This document shows, in pieces, positions 52,197-62,604 of a DNA stretch of 64,000 bases. The notes below the pieces were generated by a model that made no database searches, had not been told where the DNA came from, and saw nothing but the letters and a program-made list of their open reading frames with translations. Each line of letters starts with the position of its first letter. Positions within the stretch are counted from its first letter, which is position 1. A program made the position numbers and the translations under genes. The stretch lies in assembly GCA_965219955.1 (NCBI GenBank), contig OZ244799.1:2304001-2368000 (forward strand), given 5' to 3'. This DNA is from a bacterium (GTDB taxonomy: Bacteria; UBA8248).

Positions 52197-53225
52197 ATGA
52201 ACGAGATGGACGAATTCGAATTCTTTCTGGAGAAACCCTGGTCGGACGGCCTGCCCGTGGTGACGCCGACGGAAGAGCGCGTCGAGCGCATGCTGGCGGG
52301 CACGTCGCGCTCGCCCGATGAGGTCGTGACCCCCGTCCCGCCGCTGGACGAGACGGCCACGGTGCGCGACGTCGCCGCCCACGCCGTCATGGCGGGGTGC
52401 AGGCCCGAGTACCTCCCCGTGGTGATCGCCGCGCTCGAACTCATCGTCGAGGAACCCTTGAACCTGCGCGGCGTGCAGGCGACGATGCACAGCGTGGCGC
52501 CCCTCCTCATCCTGAACGGCCCCTACGCCAGGCGAATCGGCGTCACTGGCGGGCAGGGCTGCTTCGGCCCCGGCTTCCGGGCGAACGCCACCATCGGCCG
52601 CGCGGTGAGGCTCCTGCTGCTCAACCTGGGCGGCGGAATCGCGCGCGTGGCGTGCATGAGCATCTACAGCCAGCCGTCGCGCTTCACCTTCTGCGTCGCC
52701 GAGAACGAGGACGAAAGCCCCTGGGAGTCGCTCGCCGTATCGCGCGGCTACGGCGCGGATGAAGACGTGATCACCGCCGTCATGGTGGAGAACCCCCACA
52801 TCATCTTCAACGACGTGGACAGGGAGCCTGAGCGCCTGCTCGTCTCCCACATGGACAACATGGCGGCGATGGGCTCGTGGCCCATCTGGGTGCGGTCCGA
52901 CACCGTGCTCGTCCTCTCCCCCGAACACGCCCGCCTGTGCGCGCGGGCGGGCTTTACGCGCGCGGACGTGCACGCCTACGTCTCCGAAAACGCCGGCCGC
53001 ACGGTGGGCGAGCTCAAGCGCGGCGGCCCCTGGCGGGCGGATAGGCCGAACGGGCGGTGGGAATACCCGGTGGAAAGAGATAACGACGATTTCTTCATCC
53101 GCGTCGTGAACGAGCCCGAGGATTTGCACCTCATCGTCGCGGGCGGGGAGGGCCCCCTCGGCGCCGTGATGCCCGGCTGGAACGGCGCCAGCCGCGCCGT
53201 GCACCGGGCGTATGACGCGGTGTGA
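52197..53225 (+). CDS. Conserved uncharacterised protein, paralogue of 26217-27248
   Basis: Motifs shared along the whole length. Confidence 0.85.
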   Translation: MNEMDEFEFFLEKPWSDGLPVVTPTEERVERMLAGTSRSPDEVVTPVPPLDETATVRDVAAHAVMAGCRPEYLPVVIAALELIVEEPLNLRGVQATMHSVAPLLILNGPYARRIGVTGGQGCFGPGFRANATIGRAVRLLLLNLGGGIARVACMSIYSQPSRFTFCVAENEDESPWESLAVSRGYGADEDVITAVMVENPHIIFNDVDREPERLLVSHMDNMAAMGSWPIWVRSDTVLVLSPEHARLCARAGFTRADVHAYVSENAGRTVGELKRGGPWRADRPNGRWEYPVERDNDDFFIRVVNEPEDLHLIVAGGEGPLGAVMPGWNGASRAVHRAYDAV

Positions 53226-53299
53226 TTGGGGGGGAGTGGAGGGTTGTCGGAATCCAAAAAGTTATTCTTGGGTGATTTGCCACCAGGTAGAAGAACAAT

Positions 53300-53606
53300 C
53301 AACTCCCCCCTTGAGGGGGAGTCGAAGAGGCAAGGGCGAAGCCCGCAGGCGATTCGGTGGGGGGACACGCCACAGAGTAAACCTCCCCCCACCGCATCAG
53401 CCTTCGCACAAACCGCTCGGCTTCTGTCGGGCTTCCCGAGGGGAAAGCCCGACCCCCTCAAGGGGGGAGTTGATTGCTTCTCTACTCAGTCGGGTTTGAC
53501 CCTCAAGGGGGGAGTGATTCCCTTTTCTCGCTGGTTGGCAAGAAACCTCAAGGGGGGAATGAATCCCTTCCCTCGTCGGTTGGCGAAAAACCTCAAGGGG
53601 GAGTAA
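53300..53606. repeat. CTCCCCCTTGAGGGGGAG / CCCTCAAGGGGGAG repeat array left of the DUF559 gene
   Basis: One full element plus several CCTCAAGGGGG units spaced about 33-46 bp apart. Confidence 0.8.
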
Positions 53607-53649
53607 AAACCTTCCCCAGAGGAATACGCAATAAACCGAGGAAGAAACA

Positions 53650-54033
53650 ATGAAACCCCGCCGCTCCAGTCAATCCACCCGCCGATACGCGGGAAAAACC
53701 CTGGAAAACGCCCGCACCCTCCGCCGTGAACGCACCGACGCGGAAGGCCTCCTCTGGGCGCGCCTGCGCGGCAACGCGCTCGGCGGCCGAAAATTCCGCC
53801 GCCAGCAGCCGATAGGCCCCTACATCGCGGATTTCGCCTGCATGCCCGAGAAGCTGCTCGTCGAACTCGACGGGGGCGGCCACGCGGAGCGCGAAACCCT
53901 CGATCGCAAGCGCGATGAATTCCTGAAGCGCAAAGGCTACCGCGTGCTGCGTTTCTGGAACACGGAGGTCTTTGAGAATCTCCAGGGAGTGCTGGAGAAG
54001 ATACACGAGGCGTTGGAGAAGAAGCCTGATTGA
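53650..54033 (+). CDS. DUF559 / Vsr-like endonuclease domain protein
   Basis: ARTLRRERTDAEGLLWARLR, KFRRQQPIGPYIADF, VELDGGGH, GYRVLRFWN. Confidence 0.93.
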   Translation: MKPRRSSQSTRRYAGKTLENARTLRRERTDAEGLLWARLRGNALGGRKFRRQQPIGPYIADFACMPEKLLVELDGGGHAERETLDRKRDEFLKRKGYRVLRFWNTEVFENLQGVLEKIHEALEKKPD

Positions 54034-54049
54034 GGGGGGGGTCCGCGCA

Positions 54050-54450
54050 TCAGCGGGGAATAAAACGCCGCCGTGTATTCACCCGCACCCGCAAATGGAT
54101 TCCGGCTTTCGCCGGAATGACGAACCAAAACCGCTTTCCTCCCTTGTAGAGCGCCCAACAATCACTCCCCCCTTGAGGGTCGGCCTTTCCTCCTCGGGAA
54201 GGCCGACGAAGAGCTAAGGGCGTAAGCCCGCAAGCGATTCGGTGGGGGGACATGCCACAGAAAAGCTCCCCCCACCGGTTCAGCCTTCGCACAAACCGCT
54301 CGGCTTCACCGACTCCCCCTCAAGGGGGGAGTTGATTGTCAAACCCTTATCGGTTGGCAAGAACCCTCAAGGCGGGATGGATTGACGGAATGACGAACAA
54401 AACCATACTGCCTCATCCTGAGTAGCGGCGAAGCCGCGTATCGAAGGATG
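54050..54450. repeat. Repeat cluster right of the DUF559 gene
   Basis: Second copy of the CCCCCTTGAGGG..CCCTCAAGGGGG element (54160-54335) plus two other palindrome families. Confidence 0.78.
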
Positions 54451-54500
54451 CCCCCTCCCCAACCGCTTTTCCCCCCCAAACACCACCCCAAAAACATTCC

Positions 54501-54658
54501 TTGACAAAAACTTTGCAATTCCCGCAAGATGCCTTCGTGCGACACAATCCGCGGGGTGAAGAGGCTTCGGCTGCTTGCCTTCCACGAGGCGGCCCTCTCA
54601 CAGAGGGTCGATTTGGCAAGAATTCACCTTGACAAAACGGAAATAGCTGTAGCAAGAT
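54501..54658 (+). promoter_or_regulatory. Two similar putative promoters, TTGACA-N18-CAAGAT
   Basis: 54501-54530 and 54629-54658 have identical hexamers and spacing; each is followed by TGCGACACA(A/T)TCC. Confidence 0.5.
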
Positions 54659-54662
54659 GGAT

Positions 54663-55084
54663 GTTGCGACACATTCCATGAGGTGCAGTCGTCTCCGGGC
54701 TGCCTGCTGAATACAACACGGCCTTCTCCTTTGAGGGCCGGAACAAGCGGGAACCCACCTCAAGAACCTATACCTCGTGGATTGTGTCGCAACCAGCCCG
54801 GACTGCGACGCCGCCCTGTCGCTCCGCTCCGGCGCTGCTGATGCGGATCACGACGGGCCGGATGCCGGCCTTCATATACACGCGATAGAGGAGGCTCATC
54901 GGACGAAGCCGAGAATGCGCTGAGAGACCCTTTTGAACGAGAAAGTTTGCGACACGATTCACGAGGAGCAGTCATCTTCCGGGTGACGGCTGGAATGAGA
55001 AAAAGACCCTCCCCCCCGAAAGGCGGGGAACCCACCTGCAAGATCAATCCTCCTGAATGGTGTTCCAGGCAGGCCGGACGGCGA
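54663..55084 (+). ncRNA. Unidentified tandem structured RNA motif in the leader of the lipoprotein genes
   Basis: Two diverged units of about 140 nt (54664-54808, 54947-55084) with conserved complementary segments. Confidence 0.5.
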
Positions 55085-55232
55085 GCCCTGGAAGCCGCCG
55101 ATCTCCGGTTGCCAAAGAAAACAGAACCCAAAGCTTATGGCCCGATTTAAACGCGAGGAAAGGAGGTTAATCGGAGAAAGCCGGAAATTTACGGAAAATC
55201 CCTTTTTCTATGTATCCAGGAGGACTCACTAA

Positions 55233-56990
55233 ATGACGTTCAGAGAGAAACCGATAACCAAGCTTTACGCTTTCGCGATGGCGGCGGTTTTCGCCCTCGT
55301 GCTGGCCGGCTGCGGCGGCGGCGGCGGCAGCGCTGCTGTTGAAGAAGAGCCGCCCGTGGTGGTGGAGCCGGAACCGACCCCGCAGGAAATGTGCGAGGCG
55401 GACAACGGCCGGTATAACGACGACGGTACCTGCACCTCCGCTGAAGAACTCGCGGCCGAAATGGCCGAAGCGGAAGCCCTGAGTGGCGCGCAGGACGCCG
55501 CGATGGCGGCCTACATGGCGGCGATGGCGGCCGTGAGCGGCGCGAAGGACCCCGTGGCGATGGGCAACGCGCAGCCGTACGCGGGCATGGCCAAGGAGGC
55601 CTCCGACATGGCGGCTGCGGCCACGACTTCCGAGATGGCCATGGAATACCAGATGAAGGCCGAGATGTACCGCGACATGGCCATGAAAGCGGGGATGACG
55701 CGCGGCCTGGGTCTGACCACCCTGGCGAACAAGATCACGAACCAAGCCGATATCGACAACGCCATACTCGAGGGCACGGAGCCCGACGATCCCGTCTCCA
55801 ACGCGACGAGAGTGGGTGCGGCGCTGGCGCTTTCAGCCGCTGCCGATGCCGACCCTACAACGACTGCTGGAAGCGTCCATCAAGGCGGAACTGCTAGCGC
55901 AACAGCGACTTACGGCGCGAGCGGACCCAGCATGACAGTGGATCTGACCGCTGTTACTGGGGCTAATCCGGTAACCAGAGGCGAAAACCCGCAGGGGCTG
56001 ACGACGCGCGGCGGCTGGATGGGCGCCGAACTGGTAGGGGGCGCAACCGGCGCGACAAACAGCATGACGTACGCCAACGCCTACACGGACGTTCAACCGG
56101 ATAAGGTGACGCCGAATTATGAAGCCGATGTCACTTTGACGCCCGGCACCGGGGTACTCACTGGCGATATTCCGGGTGACGGGTCAAGCTTCGAAGGAAC
56201 ATACAATGCGTCTACTACAGACAATACCCCGGCGGTGCCGGGGCGATACCATTGTCCTACCGGCGCTGCCGGGGTCTGCTCCATCAGCGCCGACGACAAG
56301 GGCAATATCGTATCGGTTGTGGGCTACGTGTTCCAGCCCTTGGATAGCTCAACGGGCACCAAAACACCCGACACCGACTATCTGGCCTGGGGCGTCTGGC
56401 TGCACGTTCCGAACGCTACGGAAGCGACGAACCTTGCCGTCGCCGGCGCATTCGCGAGCGGCAACGACGTGTTCGAGGTCAGGGCTGAACTCAAAGGCAC
56501 GGCGACTTATAACGGCGTCGCGACAGGCATGTATTCGGCGGCCGGCATGGTCGAATACTTCGACGCGGACGTCAGCCTGATGGCCAACTTCGGCGGAACC
56601 GTTGGGGCTGATTCAGATACTACTACAGATGTAACAAATGACGGGTTCCTCCTGGGCGCCGTCACCGGCTCCGTCTCCAACATCAGGGCCGGCGGCATGG
56701 ACGTGGCTGGTTCGCTGACACTCAAGAGGGCACCCATCGTTACGACTACCGCAAACGGCGACAGCTCGAACGGCTTCACCGGCGACACTTCGGGTACCTT
56801 GGCGAGCAGAGCCATGGCCGGCGAATGGGGCGGCCAGTTCTACGGCCCCAACAAGGCGACGGCGGATACAGCCGCCGCTCAAACTGAATTCCCCACGACC
56901 GCCGCGGGCACGTTCGGTGCGGATTCCGATGGTGTCGGTACCGACAAGGTAAGAATCCTCGGCTCTTTCGGCACGTGGAAGGCCGAGTAG
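55233..56990 (+). CDS. Surface lipoprotein with C-terminal TbpB-like beta-barrel
   Basis: Lipobox LAGC then GGGGGS; YLAWGVWL, GTATYNGVATGMY, F.ADVSL.ANF, GEWGGQFYG, AAGTFGA, ILGSFG. Confidence 0.8.
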   Translation: MTFREKPITKLYAFAMAAVFALVLAGCGGGGGSAAVEEEPPVVVEPEPTPQEMCEADNGRYNDDGTCTSAEELAAEMAEAEALSGAQDAAMAAYMAAMAAVSGAKDPVAMGNAQPYAGMAKEASDMAAAATTSEMAMEYQMKAEMYRDMAMKAGMTRGLGLTTLANKITNQADIDNAILEGTEPDDPVSNATRVGAALALSAAADADPTTTAGSVHQGGTASATATYGASGPSMTVDLTAVTGANPVTRGENPQGLTTRGGWMGAELVGGATGATNSMTYANAYTDVQPDKVTPNYEADVTLTPGTGVLTGDIPGDGSSFEGTYNASTTDNTPAVPGRYHCPTGAAGVCSISADDKGNIVSVVGYVFQPLDSSTGTKTPDTDYLAWGVWLHVPNATEATNLAVAGAFASGNDVFEVRAELKGTATYNGVATGMYSAAGMVEYFDADVSLMANFGGTVGADSDTTTDVTNDGFLLGAVTGSVSNIRAGGMDVAGSLTLKRAPIVTTTANGDSSNGFTGDTSGTLASRAMAGEWGGQFYGPNKATADTAAAQTEFPTTAAGTFGADSDGVGTDKVRILGSFGTWKAE

Positions 56991-58579
56991 TAAGCAACAG
57001 CGCATGACTCCCTTCGAGCCCCGGGCTGCATCAAGCCCGGGGCCGGGGGATGGAAAAGCAGGGCGCTCCGGCGCGCGCAAGCGGTAGATGGAACCCGAGT
57101 TTTATCCGTCCGCCCCCTTCCGCTTCAGGAGGGGGGGCAGCCTTAGGGGGCAAATGATGAAAATGCTCAAGTTTTCGAGATTGGCGGTACTTGTCGCGTG
57201 CATTGCGGCATTTGCCTCCGGTTGCGGCGGCGGTGGCGGCGGCTCAGCGACGACGCCGGAAGAACCACCGGTGATGGAATGCCCGCAGGGCCAGGTCGGG
57301 ACGTACCCGGACTGCATGGATCCGCCACCGGCCGAGCCGACCGATGCGGAAAAGATAGCGGCGGCGAGACAGGAACTTTCAACTATCCTTTCAAATGCCC
57401 AGGCGCGGGCGGGGGCGGCGAGTTCGGCCGCGGCCGCGATACAAACCAACCCCGACGCCACGGCCGATCAGATCACGAGCGCCATCAGCCACAGCAGCAC
57501 CGCGCAAAGCGCCCTGGCGAGTATCGTGAGCGCGAATACCGCGGCGACCCTGGCCACTACGCCGGCGGAGGCGAATACGGCGCTGGGGAACGCCAGAGCG
57601 GCTCAAGGCACTCTCAACACAGCCGCATCGTCAATAGCGGGCATTCAGGGCGCCGTGCAGGCGGCAACGAACCAACGCCAACAGCGGGAAGCGGACGAGG
57701 CCGCCTTGACGGGCGGGTCCTCGCTCATCAGGCATTTGAGGGACAACAAGAAAGTATATGATGCTCTCCTGCCACTGAGCGCTACTTCTATTCCTGACGG
57801 CAACCTGGGTTCGACGGACGACGCCAACCAGGCAACTTTTCCTGTTTACTATCAAGCAACAGACGGAACAACACCCGGGACGGAATATCCGAGACCCCGG
57901 GATACGAACCAAGGAGTTTTGGCCGTTACGATAACACCGACAGGAGGGGTAGTTTCGTCGCACAGCAAAACGGGCAGAATCAAGGACCCGGGCCGTCTCC
58001 ATCAGGGTTTCGACCTGAAAAACACTGCCGGCACCATCTTCGCCAATGCCTACACGGATATTTCGGTGTCGCAATTGGTAAGGACCCTTGATGGTTCCAG
58101 GAATCTAATACCAAACGCTTCAGATACACCAGCTGATGAGAGCCGGGTGTATCAGCCAGATCCCGATTATTTGCTCGCTGGAATCTGGCTTGATGACTCG
58201 GGCGACACCCCTTCGCTTCAAGCCTTTGCGTACGGCAGCCAGCCCATCACCTCTACCGCTACGCATGATTTTTGCAGCGTCACAGATTTAACCGATACCC
58301 CTGCGCTCGCCAAGACCTGCGACACGACAGGAGGGTTTAATTCGATCGCCTCGGTGCTCGACAACAATACGGACAAGAGCTACACGTATCGAGGAAACGC
58401 GAACGGCGCGTATATGGCGGACGGAAAGGCCAGTTATTTCAAGGCGGACGTTTCGCTCACGGCTGAATTCCAGGATGTAGGCGGAACAGGCTCGGGTAGT
58501 ATCGGGGGCGCAGTCACGAACATCATGGCCGGCGGAAATCGCATTGACGGAAGCATTGAATTGCAGGAACAGACTCTAA

Positions 58580-60314
58580 CCCGGATATTTCACCGAGGCT
58601 TTGGAACGGCCTGATTTGAAGTCGTGGACGGCTTGATTCGGGAGGCGGCCTTCTTCGTCGGCGCGATACGATGACGCACGGCGCCCGAGCGGCGCTTTTT
58701 CGTCGATTTCGAAGGCTTTCGGGGAGTGCCGGCCGACGCGCAGGCGCAGGTTTCCCGCTGCGGCAACCTATGTCGCTCCGATTCTACGCTCAGTCACTCT
58801 CCCCCGCCGTCGGCCAGGGCGGGTGCGTACGCAGGTTGTTCACTACCTTTTCGAAGAGCGCCGCATGGGGCCAGGCCTCGGAGATAGACAGCCGGACCTT
58901 GCGCACGCTGACCCTCACGCGGGCGCCGATCTTGAGCAGTTTCAGCCGGATCGTTGCGCACTGGGCCCTGGCGCATGTCGTGCCCGCCAGCCCCAGGCGC
59001 CGGAGTCCGTGCATCAGGACGTAGGCGAAGGAGGCGAAGTAGAGCCGCAACTGATTGGCCCTCATGGTGGCGCTGCTGGTGCGGTCGGCGAACAGGCCGA
59101 GTTGCTGTTCCTTGATGCGGTTCTCCATCTCTCCCCGGGCGCAGTAGAGTTCTTCGTAGAGGCGTCTGGCGCCGGCCCGCCGGGGGCGGAGATTGGTGAC
59201 CACGAACCGCGGGTTCGCCCCCCTGGGCAGGTATTGCGCCTTGCCCACCACCCGGCGGGTTCTGGACCAGCTCTTGCGCGTTCGATAGCGGAAGTCGCGA
59301 TACCGGCGCGCCGGCTCACCCGTGCGGCGACAGACGACCTCGGCCCGGTAGAGGTCCCGGCCAATCGCCCGCACCAGCCGCGCGTTGCGCGCCATGCCGA
59401 ACACGTAGCCGACGCCGTTCTCCTCGCACCAGCGCATCAACGGCTCGCGGCAAAAACCCGAGTCGCCGCGAACCACGACCCGCGTACGCGGCCAGCGCCT
59501 GCGGACCTGCGCCACGATCCGCGCCAACTCCTCCTCGCTGCCGGCCGAGGCGTCGACGTTCGAGCGGCGCAGCCGCGCGCACAGCAGATGCGCGCCGCAG
59601 AAGACGTAGAGCGGCAGATAACAGTAGCGGCCGTAATAGCCGTGGAAGAAGCGCCCCTCCTGGCGACCGTGCAGGGGGTCGTCCGTGGCGTCGAGGTCCA
59701 GCCATATCTCTTCGGGCGGTTCGGCGTAAGACTCCATGAACACGTCCACCAGCAGGCGGTCCATCGCCTCGAAGTCCGCAGCGATGCGCTTGTAGCGATC
59801 CGTCGCCGCCTCGGCGCCGCCCAACTCCAGGCGGTTCAGCGTACTCGATGCGGCCAGCGGAGAGCCGCGGTCCCGAAGGCGAACCCGCCCGGCTCCCGTC
59901 AGGTCCCGCTTGCCCACCAGCAGCGCCAGCAACCTGTCGCGGCGCAAATCCTCGTGGTCGTTCAGGTCCTCGTAGCCCAGCGCCAGCGCGTACACCCGCT
60001 GCGCCGCCAGCGAGCGCACCGGGTGCTCCACGCTGCCGGGCTTGCGGCAATCACGAAAACACCGCGCCAGACGAGCCATCAGACCCAGGCGGAGATCCGT
60101 CTCGCGAAGCAGCACCCCGCCGGCGTCCGACGTGATCCGTCCGCCGTCGAATCGGGCGATGACCTCGCGTCTTCCGTGGGGGTGAAAGTGAAGTTGTTCC
60201 GGTGTACAATGCGTATCCATGGGGCCTCTCTGTCGGACGGGTGTAAGTTATTGAGACAACTCACATTATCCGACATTCAGAGGCCCCATGCCATTTGTCG
60301 GTGAAATATCCGGG
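58580..60314 (-). mobile_element. IS1380-family insertion sequence, copy 2 (1735 bp)
   Basis: Same 17-bp IRs and length as copy 1; target duplication CTAA. Confidence 0.95.
58790..60220 (-). CDS. IS1380-family transposase
   Basis: Protein identical to 31536-32966 in the ORF track. Confidence 0.96.
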   Translation of the reverse strand: MDTHCTPEQLHFHPHGRREVIARFDGGRITSDAGGVLLRETDLRLGLMARLARCFRDCRKPGSVEHPVRSLAAQRVYALALGYEDLNDHEDLRRDRLLALLVGKRDLTGAGRVRLRDRGSPLAASSTLNRLELGGAEAATDRYKRIAADFEAMDRLLVDVFMESYAEPPEEIWLDLDATDDPLHGRQEGRFFHGYYGRYCYLPLYVFCGAHLLCARLRRSNVDASAGSEEELARIVAQVRRRWPRTRVVVRGDSGFCREPLMRWCEENGVGYVFGMARNARLVRAIGRDLYRAEVVCRRTGEPARRYRDFRYRTRKSWSRTRRVVGKAQYLPRGANPRFVVTNLRPRRAGARRLYEELYCARGEMENRIKEQQLGLFADRTSSATMRANQLRLYFASFAYVLMHGLRRLGLAGTTCARAQCATIRLKLLKIGARVRVSVRKVRLSISEAWPHAALFEKVVNNLRTHPPWPTAGESD

Positions 60315-60919
60315 CTAACCGATGATCTGAGTGTAGCTTTTACGGGCACCGCCGCTGGCGTGGTTGGAGGAAATGCCTACAACGGCGCCTGGAAGGGCCG
60401 GTTTTTCGGATTGAGACATGACAAAAAAGTTACAGCCCCAAGGGTTGCGGTAGAAAACAATCCAGACACACAAACCATTTCATATACGCCCGGACTCCCG
60501 GGCTCTGTTGCCGGGACGTTTTACCTCAACAAGCTGACCGGGCCCGGAGGAGACGCCGCCTTCATCGGGGCGTTCGGGGCGCACAGGTAGGAGAGCAGGA
60601 CGCCTTCGGCCCCGGGGATTCATGCCCGGAGCCTGAGGCTGAAAAAGGAGAGCGAAAAGGGGGTTGCCCGTTGGTTGCTTCCCTCGTGATAGAGCAAATT
60701 GTACCGCTCCTGGTTATGAGTTTGAGTCCTCGAGCCGGGAACGGGAGCAATGGGCAACCCCTGCTCTTCTTATACGCCATTTCCGGCGTGGATGGCAAAC
60801 GAGAAAAAGGGACTGCCCCCTCTCTCAGGGCCGAACGAATCGAGAGGGCGGGCGGTCCCTTTTTTTGTCTCGAACCCGACCGGGGAGGGAGGGTTCGCCG
60901 ACCGATGAGGGAGGGTTTG

Positions 60920-61985
60920 CCGTAGGGGCGGTTCGCGAACCGCCCTTGCCGGAGAAACGGGCGCTTCACGAAGCGCCCCTACGCTTCCTTTGTCCAGGAA
61001 ACCAACCCCCCCTACCCCCCCTTGTCAGGCTTGTTGAAAAAGCCCTGTCCGACCTTCGAGATTGTTCGCTGTAGGGACAGGCCTCCGTGCCTGTCCTGAC
61101 GAAGGACAACCATGAAGAGCAGGACAGGCACGGAGGCCAGGACAACCCTTTTGGGTTGTCCTGCTACAAAACCATCACGTCTGCGCCGCGTGAACCTCCT
61201 TGCCGCCGATCCCGAAACAGGCTTTTTCAACAACTCCTCGTCAGGGGGGTATGAAAAACAAAAACCCCGGCGAGGGGCCTTTTCTGTACAACCCCGATGA
61301 GAGTGGAATCACTCCCCCTCGAGGTTTCCCGCCAACCAGCGAGAAAAGGGGAATCACTCCCCCCTTGAGGGGCCTGTTGAAAAAGCCTGGTCTGCCCCTC
61401 CTCAAACCGCCAACACCTCTTTCCTCACCCTGAGTAGCCGCCGAAGGCGGCGTATCGAAGGGCGCGGAGAGTCGAACGCCTCGCGCCGGGTGAGGGGGCA
61501 TCCTTCGATACGCGGCTCCGCCGCTACTCAGGATGAGGCGGAAGGGGGTTTTTCAACAGCCCCTTGAGGGTCTGGCTTCCCGAGGGGAAAGCCAGACGGC
61601 AAGACGAGGGCGAAGCCCGAAGTCGCGCCGGTGGGGGGACATGCCACAGAGTAAACCTCCCCCCACCGAATCAGCCTTCGCAAAAAACGCTCGGCCTCTT
61701 CGTCGGGCTTTCCCCTCGGGAAGCCCGACCCTCAAGGGGAGTGATTGTATATCTCGCGCGTGATGGGCCGACCCTCAAGGGGGGAGTGATTTTCAAACCC
61801 TTATCGGTTGGCAAAACCCTCAAGGGGGGAGTTGAAAAAGTCCTCACATCTCCCTCATCCTGAGTAGCGGCGGAGCCGCGTATCGAAGGTCAAACGCGAT
61901 TGATGAATGAGCGTTTGCTCTCGCCACGGCGCGAGTTCCTCGCCCTTCGATACGGCGCTTTCGCGCCTACTCAGGATGAGGTTTT
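60920..61985. repeat. Dense mosaic of REP-like / MITE-like repeats
   Basis: GTAG REPs, GTTGAAAAA/TTTTTCAAC ends, CTGAGTAG and CCCTCAAGGGGG families. Confidence 0.8.
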
Positions 61986-62162
61986 GTGGCCACCGGCGCG
62001 GCAGGAAGGAGGACCACCGCGTAACTCCCAATTCCGCCCGCCGTCAAAACCTCATTCACCAATCGGTCTCCCTCCCCCACCACCCGGAAATCGCCTTGAC
62101 GAAGCGCGCGGCGCGCAGTAGAGTTCCGTGTTGGAGGACCCACTTTCGTGGGAGAACGCCAA

Positions 62163-62564
62163 ATGACGGAATACGAAGCCGCAAGCCTCGCCATACAAGA
62201 ATCTTCCCTCAAATTGCAGGAAGCAGCCCTCGCGGCGCAGCAGGCCTCCGTGTGGGTCGCCGGCATCGTCGGGGCCGCGCAGTGCTCCCTGATCGCCTAC
62301 GGCCTCTATTTCATGCGCCAGGCCGCGCGTCACCGCGACGCCCAGCACCGCGAAACCATGAAGGCGCTCGAGGGCCGCCACCGCGAACACATGGAGGCGC
62401 TCGCCGCCGAGCGCGAGGCGCAAAAAGACCAGCACCGCGCAACCATGGAAGCGTTCGCCGCACAGCGCGAGGATCAAAAAGCGCAGCACCACGAGAACAT
62501 GGAGGCGCTCAAGGAACTCATCCGGCGCACCGCCGCGCCGCCCGGCACGCCTCACCCCGAGTAG
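62163..62564 (+). CDS. Small membrane-anchored protein with HRE(T/H)MEAL-like repeats
   Basis: SD GGGAG, host-like codons, one hydrophobic segment, four internal repeats. Confidence 0.7.
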   Translation: MTEYEAASLAIQESSLKLQEAALAAQQASVWVAGIVGAAQCSLIAYGLYFMRQAARHRDAQHRETMKALEGRHREHMEALAAEREAQKDQHRATMEAFAAQREDQKAQHHENMEALKELIRRTAAPPGTPHPE

Positions 62565-62604
62565 CCGTCCCCTCGACTCGGAAACCACCCCCCCCCTCTT
62601 AACA

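Larger units (their letters stand above)
57154..60590 (+). pseudogene. Second TbpB-like surface lipoprotein, interrupted by IS1380
   Basis: Lipobox ASGC-GGGGGG; removing 58580-60314 and one CTAA copy joins IELQEQTL to TDDLSVAFTG...GAWKGRFFG...SVAGTF...FIGAFGAHR in frame. Confidence 0.88.

Noticed and set aside
53440-53606. Regularly spaced CCTCAAGGGGG units as a CRISPR array
   Set aside because: Units are short and degenerate, spacers resemble each other, no cas genes, and the motif is dispersed elsewhere
54700-55040. c-di-AMP (ydaO) riboswitch or 6S RNA call for the tandem motif
   Set aside because: GCTGAAT...GCGGGAACCCA loosely resembles the ydaO 5' half, but the following GGGGTGAA...CAGCTAACC half is missing; no convincing 6S rod by eye; needs an Rfam scan
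57088-58614. 508-aa ORF and 60288-60590 ORF as two independent genes
   Set aside because: They are the two halves of one IS-interrupted gene; their junction ends are IS sequence
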